Source: Chlorobiota bacterium | GTDB lineage: Bacteria > Bacteroidota > Bacteroidia > Bacteroidales > VadinHA17 | Assembly: GCA_013152085.1 (NCBI GenBank) | Contig: JAADHC010000033.1 | Coordinates: 9,031 to 73,030, forward strand | Reading direction: 5' to 3' | DNA length: 64,000 nt | Shown here: positions 9,922-18,607 of the stretch, in pieces | Numbering within the stretch: position 1 is the stretch's first letter | How the letters are laid out: each line of letters begins with the position of its first letter | Translations under genes and position numbers: made by a program | Notes under the pieces: generated by a model | What the model saw: only the letters and a program-made list of their open reading frames with translations | What the model was told of the DNA's origin: nothing | The model's database searches: none

Positions 9922-10725
9922 CTACTTTGTGACAAATGATAATACCAGGATCAATGCAGAAATACTGGACAAAAATACACTGATGGTAGGGATATTAATT
10001 CTGAATGATTTATTTTTGATCGGTTCAACATAAACAATATCATTGGGTTGCAGGAAGAATCCTTCGGATGCAAGAAAATCAGTACCTGTGAGATCCATCC
10101 TGTATATCCTGGGTTCATTCTCCCCGGGGCGTAAAACCAATACTCTTTTACGGTTTCCAAATTCGGTGATGTCTCCTGCCTTGGATAATGCCTCAAGAAT
10201 GGTTAACTGGTTGTTAAAATTGGTATACATCCCGGGTTTGGCAACCTCACCCAGCACAGAATACTTAAAACTGATAAGTTTTACAATAACATCAGCATTA
10301 CGCAAAACCTGATTTACACGTTTTTGCAAAGTGTCATGTGCTTGTTCGAGCGTCAGGTTGGCAACGGCAATTTCTCCAAGAAAGGGAACGCTTACCTTCC
10401 CGGAATCATTCACCGAATACCCGTAAATGTAGTAACTTTGCTCGGTGTTGTAAAGATTTTGTTGTCCGGACGTGGCCAGAGGATTGTACATCTGATTGAT
10501 TTCCGGGTCGAGACTAAGTACTCGAATGTATAGAATATCATTGATCCTGATGCGGTATTCGGGAGAAGTTGTAACCATTGCAGGCCTCTTCCCTGTAGAG
10601 GTATCTAAGTTTTGCAAATAAATGAGCTGTTTTTGCGAGGTGCAGGACGACAGAACGACTGCCGGCAGGATTAAGACCCACCAAACATACTTCATCATGT
10701 AGTAAAACGTTTTATAATTGTACAA
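9922..10725 (-). CDS. wza: Polysaccharide export outer-membrane protein (Wza / BexD-CtrA-VexA family)
   Basis: 267 aa with a signal peptide. Poly_export and SLBB-like blocks are present (YRIRINDILYIRV, GKVSVPFLGEIAVANLTLEQA, VLGEVAKPGMY). It lies immediately upstream of the BY-kinase. Confidence 0.85.
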   Translation of the reverse strand: MYNYKTFYYMMKYVWWVLILPAVVLSSCTSQKQLIYLQNLDTSTGKRPAMVTTSPEYRIRINDILYIRVLSLDPEINQMYNPLATSGQQNLYNTEQSYYIYGYSVNDSGKVSVPFLGEIAVANLTLEQAHDTLQKRVNQVLRNADVIVKLISFKYSVLGEVAKPGMYTNFNNQLTILEALSKAGDITEFGNRKRVLVLRPGENEPRIYRMDLTGTDFLASEGFFLQPNDIVYVEPIKNKSFRINIPTISVFLSSISALILVLSFVTK

Positions 10726-10856
10726 ATCTAATGATTATTTGGCTGACTGGCAAAAGAACCGAAAAGATTCGCAGGTTGTAAGCATCCGGTATTTACTGGA
10801 TTTTTTATAACTTCATGCCTTGGAACGGTTTCATGCCATTGACAAGAATCTGTTTT

Positions 10857-11450
10857 ATGATGAATCTGGATTTTGATCTTTTTTCCATCGAAAAAAAATA
10901 CCGTATTCCCCAAGCCGGCAGGGTTTTGGTGTCAGAACCTTTTTTACCTGATGAAAACTTCCGCCGTTCTATCGTTTTTCTTGCTGAGCATAATGAAAAG
11001 GGTACCATTGGGTTTGTGCTTAACAAACCGATTAAAGCACACATTCATGAACTGGTCAATGATTTTCCCGATGTCGAATTTACCGTATCCCTTGGTGGTC
11101 CCGTTGCAACCGATACGTTGCATTATATTCATACACTCGGTCCGGTAATCCCTGACAGTAAACGGGTGTATCGTAATATTTATTGGGGGGGCGATTATGA
11201 TGCTATAAAGAAAATGATCAGTTTGGGAACCATCGGTACTGAGCAAATAAGATTTTTTGTCGGTTATGCAGGCTGGGGACAGGGACAACTCGAACGTGAA
11301 ATATCGGAGAATTCCTGGGTGGCTACCCACATCCGGCCGGAAATGATCATGTCCGGATATCAACCGGAAATTTGGAAAGAGGTTCTCCGTTCTATGGGAG
11401 CAAAATTCAGATTGTGGTCAGGGTTTCCTGTGAATCCCGGCCTAAACTGA
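10857..11450 (+). CDS. YqgE/AlgH family protein (UPF0301)
   Basis: Family-typical N-terminus (GRVLVSEPFLPDENFRRSIVFLAEHNEKGTIGFVLNKP) and GYAGWGQGQLERE. The ORF track start at 10815 is an upstream extension; the Met-Met at 10857 fits family length better. Confidence 0.8.
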   Translation: MMNLDFDLFSIEKKYRIPQAGRVLVSEPFLPDENFRRSIVFLAEHNEKGTIGFVLNKPIKAHIHELVNDFPDVEFTVSLGGPVATDTLHYIHTLGPVIPDSKRVYRNIYWGGDYDAIKKMISLGTIGTEQIRFFVGYAGWGQGQLEREISENSWVATHIRPEMIMSGYQPEIWKEVLRSMGAKFRLWSGFPVNPGLN

Positions 11451-11466
11451 CCCTGCCCCGGGCTTG

Positions 11467-12090
11467 TCAAAAAATATTTAATTGATGTAAAAAGACCGGA
11501 AATAACTGCGGTTGTATCAGTAAAGGATATAGAAATCCGAAAACTGCTCCTGTAAAGTGAGCATCATGATTGATATTTCCTCTTTCTTTTCGTGACATAT
11601 ATTGACTGTAGGCCAGAAATAGGATTCCAAATAAAATACCGGGAATCGGGATGAAATAAAAATAGATCAGTTGCAAGGGCTGGAAAAAAATAGAGGCAAA
11701 CACCACAGATGAAACGCCCCCGGAAGCACCAACGGAGTTATACCACGGGTTGTCTTTATTTTTAATTACGGATGGGATCGAAGCTGCAATGATCCCCCCG
11801 AAATATAATATAAGATAATTCATCATTGGAATTTTGATCCAGTGGTTTTGGGCCAGTTGTTCCATATATCTTTCACAAAATAATCCGAATGAGTAAAGGA
11901 CAAACATATTGATGCCCAAATGCCACCAGTTTGCATGCACAAAGCCATGTGTTAGTATTCTCCATATTTCCTTTTTGTGGTATGTCCGGTATGGATTGAG
12001 CAAAAGTTTATTCATCCATTCCTGATCCCGGAATGCCAGCGCGGATATCCCGATGGTTATAATGATAATAATAAGGGTGGCTGAAGTCAT
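11467..12090 (-). CDS. Rhomboid family intramembrane serine protease
   Basis: 207 aa with 6 TM segments. It has the HxxxxHxxxN-like motif (HGFVHANWWHLGINM), the catalytic GASGG motif and a later His (HFTGAVFG). Its start overlaps the holA stop by 1 nt. Confidence 0.85.
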   Translation of the reverse strand: MTSATLIIIIITIGISALAFRDQEWMNKLLLNPYRTYHKKEIWRILTHGFVHANWWHLGINMFVLYSFGLFCERYMEQLAQNHWIKIPMMNYLILYFGGIIAASIPSVIKNKDNPWYNSVGASGGVSSVVFASIFFQPLQLIYFYFIPIPGILFGILFLAYSQYMSRKERGNINHDAHFTGAVFGFLYPLLIQPQLFPVFLHQLNIF

Positions 12091-13112
12091 TAATGCATGA
12101 TTTTATAGATAAGCTCTATAAGCAGATCACAAGGTGTAGCTGAAATACTGCCAAATCCTTTTGATTTCAGGTCAATATCCCGTAAGACAGAGATGACCTC
12201 TTCGATTTTATGCACAGAATAAAATCCCGAAGCTTTCCGGTATTCGGTAACAAAAAAAGGATGTACTTTCAGGTGCCGGGCAATTTCATCATTGGATTTC
12301 TTTTTTACGGCATGATAAATGAGCAATTTGCTGAAATAAAAGTAAAGATAACCCAGCGTTACCTGGATGGGAAAAGCATTCTGATTGTGGCAAAAATACT
12401 GAATGATCCGATTGGCTTTTACAACATCCCGGTCAGACAGTGCATTGTTAAGTTCGTAATGGTTATACTCCTTACTGAAACCAATATATTTTTCTATCAG
12501 ATCGGGGGTGATCCTTTGATTTTCCCGGGGGAGGACAAGAAGTAATTTCTCAATTTCATTGACAATCTTTTCTAGGTCATTACCCAGACTTTCAGCCAGT
12601 AATGTGGAGGATTTTACATCGGTGGCGACTCCCTTTTCTTTACAATACCGCATGATCCATTCGGGAATGCGGTTTTCCCTGATTTTGGGCGACTCCATGG
12701 CCATCGATTTTTCCTCGAACAGCTGAAATATCTTTTTCCGCCGATCCGGTTTTTTATGTTTATAACAGATAACCAGGATAGTAGAAGGTTGAGGAGTTTC
12801 CAGGTAAGCGGACAGACTGTCCAACTCCTGCAATTGCTGAGCCTCTTTTACAACTACAAGCTGATGTTCAGACATCATGGGGAACCGCCTGGCTGTATCG
12901 GCAATGGTTGATGCAGTGGTGTCTTTACCATAAAAAATGTGCTGGTTAAAAGCTTTTTCCTCTTCTGTGAGCACATTCTGAATCATAGCCTCGGTAACCT
13001 GATCGATAAAATAAGGTTCTTCCCCGTAAAGAAAATATACCGGATGATATTTTTTCTGCTTTATTTCTTCAAGTATTTTATATGGCGTTCCCTTCATGGA
13101 CAGCAAGAGCAA
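12090..13112 (-). CDS. holA: DNA polymerase III delta subunit
   Basis: 340 aa with a HolA-like N-terminus (YKILEEIKQKKYHPVYFLYGEEPYFID) and typical length. It directly abuts the upstream gene. Confidence 0.85.
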   Translation of the reverse strand: MLLLSMKGTPYKILEEIKQKKYHPVYFLYGEEPYFIDQVTEAMIQNVLTEEEKAFNQHIFYGKDTTASTIADTARRFPMMSEHQLVVVKEAQQLQELDSLSAYLETPQPSTILVICYKHKKPDRRKKIFQLFEEKSMAMESPKIRENRIPEWIMRYCKEKGVATDVKSSTLLAESLGNDLEKIVNEIEKLLLVLPRENQRITPDLIEKYIGFSKEYNHYELNNALSDRDVVKANRIIQYFCHNQNAFPIQVTLGYLYFYFSKLLIYHAVKKKSNDEIARHLKVHPFFVTEYRKASGFYSVHKIEEVISVLRDIDLKSKGFGSISATPCDLLIELIYKIMH

Positions 13113-13883
13113 TTAAAAGCGCAAATGTTTAACGGATATTCCCTGATTATGCAACTCCTGAAGTGCTTTGATCCCGATTTCCAGATGGTCTGAAACAAAC
13201 TGGTTATTAACATATTTATCGGATTCCTGGGTTTTGATCCCCGTTGAAATCATAGGTTGATCGGAAACCAACAGTAATGCTCCCGAAGGAATTTCATTGG
13301 CAAAACCAACGGTGAATATTGTAGCGGTTTCCATATCTATGGCCATTGCCCGGGTTTTTACCAGGTACTTCTTAAACCGGTCATCATACTCCCAGACTCT
13401 GCGGTTTGTAGTGTATATCGTTCCTGTCCAATAATCCCGGCCATGGTCTGTAATGGCTGTTGATACGGCCCGCTGCAAACTAAAAGCCGGAAGTGCAGGG
13501 ACTTCGGGTGGGAGATAGTCATCGGAAGTCCCATCGCTACGGATCGCTGCTATGGGTAAGATAAGATCTCCCAGTTTATTTTTCTTCTTGAGTCCGCCGC
13601 ATTTACCAAGAAACAAAACAGCGTGTGGCTCAATGGCCGATAAAAGATCCATCACCGTGGCAGCATTTGGACTCCCCATCCCAAAATCAATGATGGTTAT
13701 ATCCTTTGCTGTCGCATTAGGCATATTGGCATCCTGCCCGACGACAGGAACATGATTCCATTCGGCAAATAAACGGACATAATGAAAAAAGTTGGTGAGC
13801 AGGATAAATTTTCCGAATTTATTTAATGGATTTCCGGTGTAGCGTGGAAGCCAGTCTCTTACAATTTCTTCTTTTGTTTTCAT
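13113..13883 (-). CDS. AMP nucleosidase-like nucleoside phosphorylase (PNP/UDP_1 family, short form)
   Basis: 256 aa with phosphorylase-family blocks (FGMGSPNAATVMDLL, FLGKCGGL, AIDMETATIF). Confidence 0.7.
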   Translation of the reverse strand: MKTKEEIVRDWLPRYTGNPLNKFGKFILLTNFFHYVRLFAEWNHVPVVGQDANMPNATAKDITIIDFGMGSPNAATVMDLLSAIEPHAVLFLGKCGGLKKKNKLGDLILPIAAIRSDGTSDDYLPPEVPALPAFSLQRAVSTAITDHGRDYWTGTIYTTNRRVWEYDDRFKKYLVKTRAMAIDMETATIFTVGFANEIPSGALLLVSDQPMISTGIKTQESDKYVNNQFVSDHLEIGIKALQELHNQGISVKHLRF

Positions 13884-13965
13884 CTGGTTAATTTAATATT
13901 CGTTTCTTATCCTCCCGGTAATGATAATGATTATTTTTGCGAAGATACGAAAATCCAAAGCTTTG

Positions 13966-14421
13966 ATGGAAAAATTAAATCTCCCTCCGGCAGACCTTAA
14001 ACTTAAAGAACGGGAGGGTAAAACATACGTTTTTGACAGGATACGTAAAAAATGGGTGGTACTCACACCTGAAGAGTGGGTTCGGCAGCATATCATTTTT
14101 TATCTGATACGTTATAAAAGTTATCCGCAAACACTCATGCAGGTTGAAAAAGAGATGTATTGGAACAAAATGCGGCTGCGCAGTGATTTGCTGGTCTCTT
14201 CATCACAGGGAGAACCGCTGATGCTGGTAGAATGCAAGGCTCCCGCTATTCATCTTACTACGGCTGTATTTGAACAGATTGCAACCTATAATCAACGCTA
14301 TCATGTTCCTTTCCTGCTGGTAACCAACGGGAAAAAACATTATTGCTGTACAATCAATTACCGGGATAAAAGTTACACTTACCTTTCGGAGATTCCGGAA
14401 TATGATCAGTTGGGCAAATGA
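13966..14421 (+). CDS. Type I restriction enzyme HsdR N-terminal domain-containing protein (stand-alone)
   Basis: MEKLNLPPADLKLKEREGKTYVFDRIRKKWVVLTPEEWVRQH... matches the small HsdR_N-domain proteins common in Bacteroidota. No other restriction-modification genes are nearby. The ORF track start at 13921 is probably an extension. Confidence 0.7.
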   Translation: MEKLNLPPADLKLKEREGKTYVFDRIRKKWVVLTPEEWVRQHIIFYLIRYKSYPQTLMQVEKEMYWNKMRLRSDLLVSSSQGEPLMLVECKAPAIHLTTAVFEQIATYNQRYHVPFLLVTNGKKHYCCTINYRDKSYTYLSEIPEYDQLGK

Positions 14422-14993
14422 TCCCTGTTAATTTTTTGCAAAAGAATCTCATCTTCCCATCCTCCGGCGGTTTTATTCCATTCTCTTTTGGTTCCGGCAA
14501 TATCAAATCCGTGATTCCGGAAAAGTTTCAGACTGGCTACATTGCCTGAAGTAATGTTACAATAAAGTTGGTGTAATAAAAGGATTTCAAAACCGTATCT
14601 GCAAAGAATCTCCAGGGCTTCGCTGGCATAGCCTTTTCTCCTTTGATCAGGATCTTTAATCAGGATCCCGATACCTGCACGTGAGTGATGAGGGTCGTAA
14701 TCAAATAAATCAATGGTTCCGATAGGGACACCGGGTTGTTCTGATGAAGAACGGTCCAGGCCCATCTCTTGCAAAATAATTATGAACCTGAACTGCCGGG
14801 TTTCCAGAATATCACGATGTGCATTTAAAAGATATGACCTTAAAACATCTTTGGAAAAAGGGGTAAGGGTATTGCTGACATGCCAAATCTCAGGGTCGTT
14901 TTCCCATGCATATAATGTTTCCAGGTCTTCAGGCTCAACAGGCCTGAGAAAAACATGTTTTCCCCTGAAACTAAAACCAGATACCGATGTCAT
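14406..14993 (-). CDS. GNAT family N-acetyltransferase (RimJ/RimL-like)
   Basis: 195 aa with an acetyl-CoA binding block (QRRKGYASEAL) and the typical FLRPVEPEDLETLYAWEND N-terminus. Confidence 0.8.
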   Translation of the reverse strand: MTSVSGFSFRGKHVFLRPVEPEDLETLYAWENDPEIWHVSNTLTPFSKDVLRSYLLNAHRDILETRQFRFIIILQEMGLDRSSSEQPGVPIGTIDLFDYDPHHSRAGIGILIKDPDQRRKGYASEALEILCRYGFEILLLHQLYCNITSGNVASLKLFRNHGFDIAGTKREWNKTAGGWEDEILLQKINRDHLPN

Positions 14994-15053
14994 TTAAAGG
15001 AATGATAACTTTTCGATAGCGTTAACAAAACAAATCAAGTTCACCCCCATTAT

Positions 15054-17030
15054 CTATTTCTGGGGTTTGTCTTCCGATTCCCGGTACACCTTCTTAACGA
15101 ATACATCGGCATAACCCATGCCAAGGATCCTTTGTCTTTCGGCTTCCGCTTCTTCGAGGGTTTGATACCTGCCATAAGTATACCGATAGAAGGCATCTTT
15201 GCCATGAAGGATCTCAACGTTATCCAGGTTTTTAAAATAACTGACATCCACCGGATTTAGCAGGGCCATAAGTTGTACAGTATAATAGAGTATCTCGCGC
15301 CCTTGTTTATCAACGGCATCCGGATCCATCACCACAAGGTTCGTGATGAAATTTGTCGTATCTATAACATGAACGATCTTGACAGTATCCACTCTCTCAG
15401 GAACATATGCCGTGTCTATTTCAAGCGTTACATTACGAATGATAGCATCGTTGGGAGCATCTTCCGGGATTTCGATAACCTCTTGGTGAGGCAGTATTCC
15501 GGAACCGTAGAAATTCAGATTATAAACACCTGCATAGCTTCTTGTATAATACCAGCCGGATATTGAATTTGGTTTACCCATGTCCACGGTATCTTTGTTA
15601 ATAGAATCAATCATGGCAAACCTGACCTTTGACAGCCAGTTATAGGTTGTATCAAGAATGGTAACAAGCCCTTTGGTTTCAAAAACACGTTTTACGCGCC
15701 TTTCCAGGAAATCTATTCTGAATATTTCCATTTCCTTATACCCGCTTTCGAAAGCATAATATCCTGACTGTCCGTTATTAAAAGGTTGGAAATACAGGTC
15801 GTCATCTGTTGTATTTAACGGATAACCCAGATTTTCAGGCTCACCCCATTCACTGCCTTTATGCTTGGACCTGAAGATATCGTATCCGCCTATGTTGTAA
15901 TGCCCCTCAGATGAGAAATAAAGGAAGGAGTCATTCATCGTGATAAACGGACAATCTTCATTATATTGGGTGTTTACCGACGGTCCCAGATTGATTGCAG
16001 AGCCCCAATCTCCTTTTTCTGTTTTTTTGGATATATAAATATCCAAAGCACCAATACCTCCGGCACGGTTACTGGTAAAATATAGCGTACTTTCATCCCT
16101 GCTAATACTGGCATGGGATTCATAGTATTTTGTATTGATGTTTTTATTTAGTTTTTGGATCTTTGACCAGTGATCTCCATTCAACCGTGACTCATAAATA
16201 TTTCCGGCAAACTGATCCAGTTTATACAACAATATTAATGACCCGTCGTAATTAAGCCCGGTTGGCGAACAATCCCGATCGGAACCTATTTCATCCGTAA
16301 TGTCTGAAGGGGGTAACCATTGGCCATATTCCTTACGTGTATAATAGACGATATTATCTTCACCGAATTTGGCAGTAAAAACCAGTGTGTTCCCATCGCC
16401 TGAAATAACCGGACGAATGTTTATAGAGGTAAGATTAATGACTTTTCCAAGATTGGTTTTTTTAATACCAACAGGTTTTTTCATCAATTTTAAGGCATTC
16501 CTGCATGCCACAATCTGCTGGTCAATAAAATCTTCGTTGACCATTTTATTCTTATCTGTTAATAATTTCTTAAGCTGTTTATATGTATTAAGCGCCTTAT
16601 CGATCTGGTTGTTGATACGATAGGCATTTCCAAGATAGAAAAAGGCGTCCAGGGGAGCCCTGGTTTCAGAAAAAAGTTCTTCATGTGCATCATAACTGGC
16701 ATTCTTTACCGCCGCTTCAAGATAAGGAATGGCTTTTTCTTTTTCATGAGGAATATTTAAGTAACAAACACCGATCTTGTATTGTATGTTGGCATTATCT
16801 TCGAGATTATCATTGAGCATCAGGTAGAGCGGGTTTGCAAGGGTGTATTCACCAAAAAGAAAATGTGATTCTGCTTCCGTAAATATTTCTTTTAACATTT
16901 CTTTCTGGGCATACAGGGAGGTACCGGATACAAGTAAAAAGAATAATATGGTCCATAAAACCTTGCCAGGTGACAAGGCAATGAATACCGTTTGGTTTAT
17001 TTTGTACCTGAATTTGTATAAATACCTCAT
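15054..17030 (-). CDS. Paralog E: signal peptide + TPR + TolB/PD40-like beta-propeller + beta-sandwich + C-terminal SPOR-like domain
   Basis: 658 aa. TPR block (NIQYKIGVCYLNIPHEKEKAIPYLEAA; RAPLDAFFYLGNAYRINNQIDKA). PD40 motifs (LYFTSNRAGGIGALDIYIS; LYFSSEGHYNIGGYDIFRS; GYPLNTTDDDLYFQP). The last 77 aa (YYTVQLMALLNP...FYRYTYGRYQTLEEAEAERQRILGMGYADVFVKKV) have a SPOR-like pattern. Its ATG overlaps the stop of paralog D (ATGA). Confidence 0.8.
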   Translation of the reverse strand: MRYLYKFRYKINQTVFIALSPGKVLWTILFFLLVSGTSLYAQKEMLKEIFTEAESHFLFGEYTLANPLYLMLNDNLEDNANIQYKIGVCYLNIPHEKEKAIPYLEAAVKNASYDAHEELFSETRAPLDAFFYLGNAYRINNQIDKALNTYKQLKKLLTDKNKMVNEDFIDQQIVACRNALKLMKKPVGIKKTNLGKVINLTSINIRPVISGDGNTLVFTAKFGEDNIVYYTRKEYGQWLPPSDITDEIGSDRDCSPTGLNYDGSLILLYKLDQFAGNIYESRLNGDHWSKIQKLNKNINTKYYESHASISRDESTLYFTSNRAGGIGALDIYISKKTEKGDWGSAINLGPSVNTQYNEDCPFITMNDSFLYFSSEGHYNIGGYDIFRSKHKGSEWGEPENLGYPLNTTDDDLYFQPFNNGQSGYYAFESGYKEMEIFRIDFLERRVKRVFETKGLVTILDTTYNWLSKVRFAMIDSINKDTVDMGKPNSISGWYYTRSYAGVYNLNFYGSGILPHQEVIEIPEDAPNDAIIRNVTLEIDTAYVPERVDTVKIVHVIDTTNFITNLVVMDPDAVDKQGREILYYTVQLMALLNPVDVSYFKNLDNVEILHGKDAFYRYTYGRYQTLEEAEAERQRILGMGYADVFVKKVYRESEDKPQK

Positions 17031-18511
17031 TTTTCCTGATATTCAAATTGATAGTTGCCAGTCAGCGAGTAATATTTAAAAACTTTCTTTATATGGTCGT
17101 ATATAATTCTGATAACCGGTTTTCCCGTATATTTATCTTTCAGAATAATTTCAAAATTATTATCCCAGTTTACCTGTTTTCCTGACATTTCAACAAGCCC
17201 TTCAAAAGTACTGATAACCATTTTTTCCGAAGGAAGAATCTCAATCCGGTAAATATCCTTGCCTCCGAAACCATCCGGAGAAATACGAGACAGATATCCG
17301 GCCTGACCATTGAATACCGGTTGAAAATAAAAATTGTCACCGGTAGTATTCAATGGAAATCCGGCATTGACCGGAGGTTGCCACTGGTGATTGGCCTGCT
17401 CGGAATAAAAAATATCATATCCTCCCATATTATAATGCCCCTGGGAAACAAAAAATAGTCTGGACTGATCGTCAGTTATGAAAGGCGCATCTTCATTAAA
17501 GGGTGTATTGATGGTATTTCCTATGTTTTCTGCCGGACCCCAGTTCCCTGATGCCTGCTTTTCAGATACATAAATATCCAGTTCTCCAATGCCACCACGA
17601 CGGTTACTGGAAAAGTAAAGCATCTTCTCATCCGGAGACAGACTTGCATGAGCTTCTGCACGCGGAGAATTGATATTATCATTGAGTGGCTCCATTGCAG
17701 TCCAGAATCCATCCTTTAAGGTGGATATGTATACATCCCTGTTATTTCCCGTGCCATTTATCAAGTAAATCTTTGTTTTGTCATTGGATATATATGTCGG
17801 ATAAGTATCACCGTCAGAACCTATTTGGGGTGTAATATTCATGGGAGGGGTCCAAACACCTTCCTCTTTCTTTGTGACAAAAATAGCATTATAGAATTTC
17901 AGTGCTGTCATATAGGCAAGCATCGATTCATCGCGGGAAACGACCGGCAAATAATTATCAGCACCTGTATTTATCGGCTCTCCGATATTGATATCTTCTG
18001 TTTTTATTGGGTTGTCCTGTATGATTTTTGCTTTTTCGCAGGCACTGATTTCATTATCCACAATGTTTACATTAAACCGGTCTTCAAAATTGGGCAAATC
18101 CTTGAATTGTTGATAGATTTCCAGTGCTTTGTCCAGTTGATTGTTTATTCTGTAAGCGTTCCCCAGGTAAAACAGTGCGTATTCGGGAGCTTTGGTTTCT
18201 TTTGTGGAACGTTTTTTATATTTGTCTGTCATATCTTTTACCGCTTTTTTAAGGTATGGAATCGCCTTGGCCTCCTCTCCCGGAATATGAAGATAGCAAA
18301 CACCTGTTTTGTACCAAAGATTGGCATTGGCATAAACCGTATTTTCAAGTTTTAAATAATTGTATAATGCCTCCTGATAATCTTCTGCAAAAAAGAAAAA
18401 ATCTCCATCGTTGAGGAGGGATTCCGGTGACGAAGCTTGTTGGGAAAATGAGGATGAAAAGGTTAAAATTAACAGGCTTAAAAGGATATATTTTGTTAGT
18501 TTCATTGACAC
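17027..18511 (-). CDS. Paralog D: signal peptide + TPR + TolB/PD40-like beta-propeller, no C-terminal anchor domain
   Basis: 494 aa with the same conserved blocks (NLWYKTGVCYLHIPGEEAKAIPYLKKA; LYFSSNRRGGIGELDIYVS; GHYNMGGYDIFYS; GFPLNTTGDNFYFQP). It ends within or just after the small beta-sandwich. Confidence 0.8.
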   Translation of the reverse strand: MSMKLTKYILLSLLILTFSSSFSQQASSPESLLNDGDFFFFAEDYQEALYNYLKLENTVYANANLWYKTGVCYLHIPGEEAKAIPYLKKAVKDMTDKYKKRSTKETKAPEYALFYLGNAYRINNQLDKALEIYQQFKDLPNFEDRFNVNIVDNEISACEKAKIIQDNPIKTEDINIGEPINTGADNYLPVVSRDESMLAYMTALKFYNAIFVTKKEEGVWTPPMNITPQIGSDGDTYPTYISNDKTKIYLINGTGNNRDVYISTLKDGFWTAMEPLNDNINSPRAEAHASLSPDEKMLYFSSNRRGGIGELDIYVSEKQASGNWGPAENIGNTINTPFNEDAPFITDDQSRLFFVSQGHYNMGGYDIFYSEQANHQWQPPVNAGFPLNTTGDNFYFQPVFNGQAGYLSRISPDGFGGKDIYRIEILPSEKMVISTFEGLVEMSGKQVNWDNNFEIILKDKYTGKPVIRIIYDHIKKVFKYYSLTGNYQFEYQEK

Positions 18512-18607
18512 GGTATTGTATAAAAAACGAAAGTTTCAGTCTGAAATATAGGAAGAAATCCTAAAAAACACAACTGCAAAATATTTTCCGGTCAGAAACT
18601 TTTCGGT

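Noticed and set aside
11467-12090. Possibility that the rhomboid protease is a rhombosortase that processes the TM + poly-basic C-terminus of paralog A.
   Set aside because: The tail of A lacks a GlyGly-CTERM-type motif. The rhomboid gene is 10 kb away and translationally coupled to holA, a housekeeping context. It looks like a generic GlpG-type rhomboid. This is pure speculation, so it is not reported as a finding.
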